From positions 7,366 through 71,365 of the forward strand of contig JAUSHB010000011.1 in NCBI GenBank assembly GCA_030648955.1: a stretch of DNA of 64,000 nt, in the 5' to 3' direction. The stretch's first letter is position 1. Each line of letters opens with the position of its first letter. Shown in pieces: positions 57,054 to 64,000 of this stretch. Under the pieces are notes generated by a model, which made no database searches, was not told the DNA's origin, and was given only the letters and a program-made list of their open reading frames with translations. This DNA comes from a bacterium (GTDB lineage: Bacteria > Patescibacteriota > Minisyncoccia > Phycocordibacterales > JAUSHB01). Position numbers and translations under genes: made by a program.

Positions 57054-58048
57054 ATGACTCCAGATTCAATAAATGTATTTGTAATACTTTCGACTTCGTT
57101 TGAATTTTTAGCACTCATGAGCTTCATGCGAAGTTCTTTAGCACCCTCAAATCCGTTTACATATGCTTTATAATGCTTCTTCATAATAGCAAAATTTTTA
57201 ACACCCCCCAAGAGCTCTTCAAAAAGATGCGTATGCTCAACCATAACACGCAATTTTTCCCCTATTGTAGGACTGGGTATATCGGCAAATAACCACGGAT
57301 TGCCGAAAATCGCCCGCCCGAGCATCACGCCATCGGCGCCTGTCTCGCGCGCTTTTTCTTTCGCATCGCTCAAATCTTTTACATCGCCATTGCCAACGAT
57401 GAGCGTGCGCTCGGTGCCGTGTTTCTCCGCAAAATCGCGCGCAATTACTACCGCATGCGCTACGTGCTCCCAACGCGCAGGCACAAGCGACATTTCTTTG
57501 CGCGTACGCGCATGTATAGTAACAACCGCAGGTTCCTCTGCTAAAATTTCAGGAAGCCATTTGTCGAGAATAACTTTGTTGTAGCCGACACGAGTTTTTA
57601 CGGAGACTGGTAATCCTCCACTACCCTCTTTTGCGGCGCGAATCAGCTCACGCGCAAGCGCCGGAGTTTTAATAAGCGCCGCACCTGCACATTGTTTTTC
57701 TACTGACTTGTCAGGACATCCCATATTGATATCGATGCCATCAAACCCAAGATCTTTAATAAGCGCGGCACACTCTCGGAAATGCTCGGGATTTGAACCA
57801 AAAATCTGTGCCACGATCGGATGTTCTTCTTCGGAATATTTGAAATCAGTAAGAAGCGCTGGGCGCCCCGCGGAACAAAGCCCATCGCAAGAAACAAATT
57901 CGGTATAAAAAACATCAGGACCCCCTTGCAGCTTCCCGTGGTTGCTATATTTCGCAATAAGACGCCGAAAAGCCGCGTCGGTGACATCCGCCATCGGTGC
58001 CATAACAAAGAACGGTCTCTTTAATTTCCCCCAAAATCCTTGTGTCAT
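57035..58048 (-). CDS. dusB: tRNA-dihydrouridine synthase
   Basis: APMADVTD, QIFG, DINMGCP, SVKTR, IHART, GNGDV, GRAIFGNPW. Confidence 0.9.
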   Translation of the reverse strand: MTQGFWGKLKRPFFVMAPMADVTDAAFRRLIAKYSNHGKLQGGPDVFYTEFVSCDGLCSAGRPALLTDFKYSEEEHPIVAQIFGSNPEHFRECAALIKDLGFDGIDINMGCPDKSVEKQCAGAALIKTPALARELIRAAKEGSGGLPVSVKTRVGYNKVILDKWLPEILAEEPAVVTIHARTRKEMSLVPARWEHVAHAVVIARDFAEKHGTERTLIVGNGDVKDLSDAKEKARETGADGVMLGRAIFGNPWLFADIPSPTIGEKLRVMVEHTHLFEELLGGVKNFAIMKKHYKAYVNGFEGAKELRMKLMSAKNSNEVESITNTFIESGVIRPTTQ

Positions 58049-58117
58049 TGTCGCAATACTATCATAAAAAAGATGCGCTGAAGATTTGCGCATCCCGTAC
58101 ATCTTGTATGTATTTCA

Positions 58118-58603
58118 TTAGGAACCTCCCAATGATTTCAGCTTTTTGACAACTCCTCCGAGATACTTTTTCACCTCCGAACCATCTCTATCATAATCAT
58201 CGGTAAAAATAAACACTCTTTCGGTTGGACTCTCGTTGTTTGTCATCTGTTCCGTTATGTAACCAAAGAACTCGGCGAGTCTTACGATAGTGAAAAGTAA
58301 CATCGTTGTACCCTTCGTGTTAATTGAAGTCGCCTTAATGAAGGTATCCAGGAATGATTTTCGCAGTGTAGATGACGGATACAACGCCTGAACATCAACT
58401 ACATGCTTTTTGCCACTACCATCAAACTGCGTAAGGAGAAAAGTTATTTCCTGAAGTTGTTTTGGGAGATCCTGAAAATCTTTTATGTTGAATTCGCATA
58501 CAAAACCTTGGGCAGTTTCTTTGATATGTTCATCAAGGAACAGTGCCGTAGTTTGAATGCTTTTGACAATACGGCGCTCCCCGAGACTCAATTCCATACT
58601 CAT
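58118..58603 (-). CDS. hypothetical protein
   Basis: GAGGAGG SD; TTGATT-17-TACCAT promoter. Confidence 0.65.
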   Translation of the reverse strand: MSMELSLGERRIVKSIQTTALFLDEHIKETAQGFVCEFNIKDFQDLPKQLQEITFLLTQFDGSGKKHVVDVQALYPSSTLRKSFLDTFIKATSINTKGTTMLLFTIVRLAEFFGYITEQMTNNESPTERVFIFTDDYDRDGSEVKKYLGGVVKKLKSLGGS

Positions 58604-58702
58604 AACAAATACCTCCTCATGATCACTGTGGGCTTACATCATGGTAGCTTCTTGAGTGGAAAGAATCAAGCGTGGTAGCATAGAAACGTAACCTAAAAAA
58701 AA

Positions 58703-61183
58703 TTAAGAGACGGACGGTGAAAGATCTTCCGAAGAGAGTAACACTCGCGAACCTTCCTTAATTTCTCCGCGTACAATTTTTTCTGCTATAATCTGCTCAA
58801 CGTGTTCCTGTATCGCGCGATTCATCGGACGCGCACCAAAAGATGGATCCGTTCCATGGCGAATCACCGCATTGACCAAATCATCATTCACCACAAGGTC
58901 GATTCCACGCTCGTGTAATCGCTTTTTCAACTTTTCTAGCATCACGCGGGCAATCTGCGAAAGATGACTCACATCAAGAGGATGAAATAGCACCACCGCA
59001 TCAAAACGATTGAGCAACTCGGGCTTAAAAATACCTCGTTCAATGATTGTATTCACAATTTCATCTTTCATATCCATAAGATTTCCACCATTCTTCCCCG
59101 CTTCCCAGATTAAATCGCTCCCCGCATTTGATGTCGCGATAATAATAACATTGCGCGCATTAACCCGTTTACCCCGCATATCGGAGAAAAATCCTTCATC
59201 AAGAACTTGAAGAAACAGATCGAGCACTTCGTGATTTGTTTTTTCAAATTCATCGAGGAGCAACACGCCATAAGGCTTACTCTTGAGTATTTTCGTTAAT
59301 GCTCCCACTTGCTCTCCTTCAAAATTACCAATGAGCCGCAGGAGCGCATCAGATGTCTGATATTCAGACATATCAAGTCGGGATATCACTGTTTCATCTC
59401 CAAAAAAAGCTTCTGCTAATGCTTTTGCAGTTTCCGTTTTTCCCACACCAGTGGGTCCAAGGAAAAGAAATGAGCCGATAGGTCGCTTCATATTACGCAC
59501 TCCTGTACGAGCTCGACGCATTGCATTTGACACGAGACTCACCGCCTCATTCTGACCAACAACACGCTCATGAAGAAAACGCTCAAGGTTCACGAGCCTA
59601 CTTCTCTCGGCATCCTTAATCTCACCTACAGGAATTTTAGTCTTTCGGGTAATGAGAGCGAGAATATCACTTCGTTTTATTAAATACCCCTTGTCCTCCA
59701 CGATCTGTGGAACAAGCTCAATAAGAAGATCTATCGCCTTGTCGGGTAAAACACCATCGGAAAGATAATTTTGGGCACTCGTGAATGCCTCTTCGATTGA
59801 TGAATATGTAAAAAATATTTTATGGTGAGCCTCAAGTCCTTCTGCAACACGTTGCAAAATTACCATCATCTCCTCCGATGACGGATCAGTGACAATCACT
59901 TTTTCAAATCGCGACATCAACGCAGTGTTCGGCTCAAGGATATTGTGAAAATTATCTACATCACTTACGGCAATAACCTGAAGTTTGTCTGTAATAAGAT
60001 AGGGATCGAGAAGTGTCACGATATCAGAACCAATACTTCGGGCACTAATCCCGAATGATGGAAAATCAGAAAATACAATAATAATATTCCCCGCACGCTT
60101 AGCCTCATCCAAGAGAGCGATAAATTCACGCTCAAACTCTTCCTTACTTTGAACAGAAGAAATGAGTGAATCCGTATTCATCATAAATACTTTTTTATGT
60201 TCGAGCTGGGGACCAATTGATCCGTTCCTGATCTTTTGAGCAAAATCGTAAATGATGTCAATAGTCCCTGCGCCTTTTTCACCCACCAAAAATGCATTAG
60301 CCTCCTGCGCGCGCGAAAGAACGCTTTCCAGCTCACGAACTTCACGCTCATCCTTGGCAGATAACGCGCTTGCGTGCTCGCTATAGTTTTCAAAAACTTC
60401 TCGCGCATAACGCAGAAGCGTATAAATCTCACCGTATGACCAGTCCTTCCCAATCCCCGGCATGGAGGCAAGGTGATCTTTTCTCCACCATGCTTCCTTA
60501 TCCTTTGCGTCTTCATGTTCTCGGATGACCCATTCGGCAGCACCAATAAAATCACCCTCGCGGGCATTTTCCTTAAAAAGAAAATCTCGAAGCTCCTCGT
60601 CCTGATAGACCAGAAACTGCGCCAATGAACGCAAACCGAAAACTTTTTGGGAATCTACGGGAAATGGCTTATCAAACAATATTGCGTTTCTACGGGAAAG
60701 AAAATCCTTGCGTGCATCATCTGAAATACCGCAACGGAGTAAGATTCTTGTGCCAACAGAAGATTGCAAGAAACTTTTAGTTACATCGCCATTATGTGCG
60801 TGGTGTAAAATTTTCAGCACATAAAAACTCAATACATCATGTTCGTGTCCTCTGCCCCGCGTTCTCCACGACATGAGCCCTTCACGAAAATATAAAAATC
60901 TAAAAAATACTTCCAAAAGATACACCGAGAGAAGGATTGCCAGCAACACGAACGCGGCTCCAATAACACGGGGAGCAAAAAGAAGGGCTTTTTGTGCAAC
61001 ATCAGGGTTTAACATATGAAAATAATTTATTGCATATAACCCGCCCGCAACCACAAGAAGGCCAATGAGAGCTGTATCTATTCCGTAATGAATGATATGT
61101 CGAGCGCGGTGGGAAAGCATGCGATCAAGCACCACGATTGGATACAGACGACTAGTTGAAATATGTAACGATTTTATATTCAT
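58703..61183 (-). CDS. membrane-anchored ClpA/B-family AAA+ ATPase (degenerate NBD1)
   Basis: NBD2 GPTGVGKT, RLDMSEY, LLDEFEK, PELLNR, GARP; N-terminal TM helices. Confidence 0.88.
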   Translation of the reverse strand: MNIKSLHISTSRLYPIVVLDRMLSHRARHIIHYGIDTALIGLLVVAGGLYAINYFHMLNPDVAQKALLFAPRVIGAAFVLLAILLSVYLLEVFFRFLYFREGLMSWRTRGRGHEHDVLSFYVLKILHHAHNGDVTKSFLQSSVGTRILLRCGISDDARKDFLSRRNAILFDKPFPVDSQKVFGLRSLAQFLVYQDEELRDFLFKENAREGDFIGAAEWVIREHEDAKDKEAWWRKDHLASMPGIGKDWSYGEIYTLLRYAREVFENYSEHASALSAKDEREVRELESVLSRAQEANAFLVGEKGAGTIDIIYDFAQKIRNGSIGPQLEHKKVFMMNTDSLISSVQSKEEFEREFIALLDEAKRAGNIIIVFSDFPSFGISARSIGSDIVTLLDPYLITDKLQVIAVSDVDNFHNILEPNTALMSRFEKVIVTDPSSEEMMVILQRVAEGLEAHHKIFFTYSSIEEAFTSAQNYLSDGVLPDKAIDLLIELVPQIVEDKGYLIKRSDILALITRKTKIPVGEIKDAERSRLVNLERFLHERVVGQNEAVSLVSNAMRRARTGVRNMKRPIGSFLFLGPTGVGKTETAKALAEAFFGDETVISRLDMSEYQTSDALLRLIGNFEGEQVGALTKILKSKPYGVLLLDEFEKTNHEVLDLFLQVLDEGFFSDMRGKRVNARNVIIIATSNAGSDLIWEAGKNGGNLMDMKDEIVNTIIERGIFKPELLNRFDAVVLFHPLDVSHLSQIARVMLEKLKKRLHERGIDLVVNDDLVNAVIRHGTDPSFGARPMNRAIQEHVEQIIAEKIVRGEIKEGSRVLLSSEDLSPSVS

Positions 61184-61195
61184 GAGTAAATTTAG

Positions 61196-61591
61196 TTATC
61201 GAACACCAACCATGAGGGTTATTCCTACGGCAAACAGTCCGACAATTATGATTGGGAGAAACAGCCATGTGATAAAAAGCACTATCTCAATCACAAGAGC
61301 AAGCGTTATCGACACAACCCCCGCCAAAATAACGAAGGAACGAATAAAGAAACCAATAATCCGCATAACAGAATTAACGATCAGAACCGAGAAAAAATCT
61401 GGAATATCAAATTTCTTTGTTCGCACATCCCCAATTCTCCTCCATTTCGAAAAAAGTGTTGGGATGAGAATGGGGATTGAAAAAAAGTGATAGAGAAACC
61501 AGATAAAATCCGATGAGATTTTTATGAAATTAGTTATCGCGGCAGTGTAATACCAAATCACAAATTGCCATATAAGTATGAGAATCGCCAT
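61196..61591 (-). CDS. membrane protein upstream of the Clp ATPase
   Basis: WYY...FFSI..L..TLFSKWRR...RIIGFFIR. Confidence 0.75.
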   Translation of the reverse strand: MAILILIWQFVIWYYTAAITNFIKISSDFIWFLYHFFSIPILIPTLFSKWRRIGDVRTKKFDIPDFFSVLIVNSVMRIIGFFIRSFVILAGVVSITLALVIEIVLFITWLFLPIIIVGLFAVGITLMVGVR

Positions 61592-61633
61592 CTTGTTTTA
61601 TAGTATATAACGTCTTTTAAAATACGCGAAAGT

Positions 61634-62509
61634 TCACTTCTTCTTTTTAAAAAAGATCTTGTTCGCAAAACGTGCATCAATATATTCAATTTGTTTACGA
61701 ATTAGCGGGTCGCCAGGATCTCCCAATTCAGTGCGAAACGCGGCTTCTAAATCAGATAGTATCTTCATGGGGTCTTGTTTTTTATTTAATAATATTTTTC
61801 CCCCTTCACGTATTATAAATGCAACATCCCCTGCATCCAGAGAAGCTATTTTAGTCGTATGAAGCCCTGTGCGACTCAAGAGGTCGCGAAACAAATCGAT
61901 TGTCTTAAATTCCAGAGCAGAGAGATATACGGACCCCACGGGTTCCACCGAAAGACTCGACGTAGCCATATGTTCCGCAAAAAGCGGACCATAAAATTCT
62001 ATATACACATTATCTCCAAAATGCGGAGCTTCAGCAAAAATAAATCCTGTTTCATCTGTAAAATAGCACTGCGGATTTTCTTGTGCGCGTGTTTCTGGCA
62101 ATGTACTTCCACACCAGAGTGAATAGGGTTTTCGTTCGTTAATTGTTATCGATAGCGCCGTAAGACCTTCGGCATTTACCGATAAAGAAAGAATTCTTTT
62201 ATAAAAATTGAGGAGATCACTCTTAATGCGTTCCCGTGGATAAAGTATGATACTGTCCTTTGGGAACAGATAAAAATATTTCCCGCTAATTTCTTTACGC
62301 ACCAAAGAGACAATTTCATCAGTGTCTAATACATTATTTCCAGTAACTTCGATCGCGGTAATGCGTAAACTTGGACGAGAAAGTCCCCATATAAATCCAC
62401 TTAGAGACAAGGCGATTACCAGGAATATAATAAAAAACTTCCATAAAGCAATTTTACGTTTCTGCTTGATGCGTTTTTTTGAATGTGGAATATCTCTACG
62501 ACGCGACAT
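61634..62509 (-). CDS. ftsQ: cell division FtsQ/DivIB-like protein
   Basis: basic N-terminus, TM, POTRA (IEVTGN), INERKP, YIDARFANKIF. Confidence 0.75.
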   Translation of the reverse strand: MSRRRDIPHSKKRIKQKRKIALWKFFIIFLVIALSLSGFIWGLSRPSLRITAIEVTGNNVLDTDEIVSLVRKEISGKYFYLFPKDSIILYPRERIKSDLLNFYKRILSLSVNAEGLTALSITINERKPYSLWCGSTLPETRAQENPQCYFTDETGFIFAEAPHFGDNVYIEFYGPLFAEHMATSSLSVEPVGSVYLSALEFKTIDLFRDLLSRTGLHTTKIASLDAGDVAFIIREGGKILLNKKQDPMKILSDLEAAFRTELGDPGDPLIRKQIEYIDARFANKIFFKKKK

Positions 62510-62546
62510 AGGTTGTAGGAGGAAAAATATGCATGCGGTCTCACAC

Positions 62547-63830
62547 CTATTTAATAATACTTTTTTTTATATACGGTTCGAGTACTTTGGGAATCGCAAT
62601 GCTTCCATCTGCTTGTTGATAATTCTCAACAAGAGCAGCTAGCATGCGTGGTGTTGGCATTAACGTTGCATTAAGTGAATGTGCGAATCGTAATTTCCCA
62701 TCGTCATCGCGGTATCGAATATTCAAGCGTCGTGTCTGAAAATCATGAAAATATGATGCTGAATGGGTCTCGCGATATTTTTTCTCCGATGGCATCCACG
62801 CCTCGATATCATACTTTTTCACCTGCCCCAACCCAAGATCACCACCGCAATTCGCCACCACGTGATATGGAATGCCGAGTTTTTGCATAATATGCTCCGC
62901 GTTTTGATTGAGCGCTTCATGGTATTTAACACTCTCCTCGTGACTTGCTTCACAGAGCACCACTTGTTCTACTTTATAAAATTCGTGGACACGGATAAGA
63001 CCCTTAGTGTCTTTCCCATGACTTCCCGCTTCACGGCGAAAGCATGGAGAAAATGAAACGATCTTTTTTGGAAGGTCTGTTTTAAGAAGCACATCATCCA
63101 TAAAGTGCCCCATGGTCGCGACTTCCGCAGTGCCGGAAAGATAATCGCCATCTTGAGTTTTATAGAGATCTTCTTCGCCTTGCGGAAGATAACCGGTACC
63201 CATAAGCGTCTCGCGGCGCACTAAGGACGGCGCAATCATGGGACTGAAGCCTTCTTTTACCAATTCATCCACGGCAAACTGCCACAACGCAAAGGAAAGA
63301 AGCGCTCCGTCATTCTTAAGGAAATATCCGCGGAAACCGGCAACCTTTGTTCCGCGTTCAAGATCAACCATATTGAGTTTCTGCATGAGTTCATAGTGGG
63401 TTTTAGGTTCGAATGAAAGTTTGGGAATTTCTCCTCCTTCGACTCCGCTCAGGACAGGCCATCTCCGTATCTCTTTATTATCAGCATCACTCACACCGTC
63501 AGGAACCGACATGTCGGGAATGTTGGGAACTTGCACCATAAGAAGTTGCCACTCTTTCATAGCCTCTTTTAATTCCTCTTCTTTCTTTTGAAGCTCGTCT
63601 TTGAGCTCTTTCATGGTCGAAATAAGCCGGACGCGCTCTTCGGTCGGCGCAGAGCTGATGATGTCGCTTACCTCGTTTTGTTTTGTACGCATCTGCTCAA
63701 CCTCCGCCAAAATCAACCTCCGTTTATCATCAACGGCGATGAGTTTGTCTGCATCAAAATCGATGTGCTTTTTCTTGGCACCTGCTTGTATGAGCTCTTT
63801 GTTGTCGCGAATGAATTTAATGTCTAACAT
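62547..63830 (-). CDS. serS: serine--tRNA ligase
   Basis: MLDIKFIR, GTAE, CFRREAGSHG, RVHEFYKVE, YDIEAW, HSLNAT. Confidence 0.97.
   Translation of the reverse strand: MLDIKFIRDNKELIQAGAKKKHIDFDADKLIAVDDKRRLILAEVEQMRTKQNEVSDIISSAPTEERVRLISTMKELKDELQKKEEELKEAMKEWQLLMVQVPNIPDMSVPDGVSDADNKEIRRWPVLSGVEGGEIPKLSFEPKTHYELMQKLNMVDLERGTKVAGFRGYFLKNDGALLSFALWQFAVDELVKEGFSPMIAPSLVRRETLMGTGYLPQGEEDLYKTQDGDYLSGTAEVATMGHFMDDVLLKTDLPKKIVSFSPCFRREAGSHGKDTKGLIRVHEFYKVEQVVLCEASHEESVKYHEALNQNAEHIMQKLGIPYHVVANCGGDLGLGQVKKYDIEAWMPSEKKYRETHSASYFHDFQTRRLNIRYRDDDGKLRFAHSLNATLMPTPRMLAALVENYQQADGSIAIPKVLEPYIKKSIIK
63435..63458. repeat. CTTCG..GCTCAG repeat in frame within serS
   Basis: TCCTTCGACTCCGCTCAGGACAGG encodes PVLSGVEG between RRW and GEIP. 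Confidence 0.75.
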
Positions 63831-64000
63831 GATTGGTTTTTAACGAGTGATAACGAGTATATTTCCATGTAATTGGTTTGTTCTATCTGAATACAAAAAC
63901 AAGTTTTCGTTCATCCCTATCTATATTCATATCATACAACAAATGATAGAATTTATAAAATGGATAAGATAAAGAATCTAGAGCCAAACAAATTCCCCAA

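Noticed and set aside
56899-57114. 71-aa ORF after dus
   Set aside because: It is a translation of the palindromic element and overlaps dus.
1-64000. CRISPR array, rRNA, integrase or transposase genes
   Set aside because: No regularly spaced repeat-spacer units, no rRNA-like sequence and no recognisable recombinase or transposase ORF were seen.

Overview
A bacterial chromosome segment whose gene content and expression signals point to Patescibacteria/CPR, probably Parcubacteria-like. This is an inference from the short dnaX, a membrane-anchored Clp ATPase, mostly SD-less or leaderless genes and CPR-type palindromic repeats. From left to right: partial tgt and a two-domain thyX; a glycogen/alpha-glucan cluster (GT4, GH57, GH15, ROK kinase); a ~16 kb copper/redox island (CusA-like RND + MFP, CPH-type P1B ATPase, two DUF1573 proteins, DsbB + thioredoxin); a ~15 kb exopolysaccharide island (hyaluronan-synthase-like GT2, UDP-HexNAc dehydrogenase, two deacetylases, repeated beta-sandwich domains) with two-component genes; a run of small accessory genes (malic enzyme, mscL, DsrE2, wHTH, GH18, GIY-YIG x2, HicAB); tRNA-Gln(TTG); and housekeeping genes (dnaX, dus, Clp, ftsQ, serS). 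The most notable observations are: (1) five promoters in the EPS island share an exact TTCAT-N6-TTCAT-N11-(-10) architecture, suggesting an autoregulated OmpR-type regulon; (2) a 357-bp GIY-YIG element bounded by REP-like repeats sits in an 18-bp duplication of the tRNA-Gln 3' end, and a copy of the same repeat lies in frame inside serS; (3) several other palindromic repeat families lie inside or around genes. All product calls come from motif recognition only; no database searches were run.
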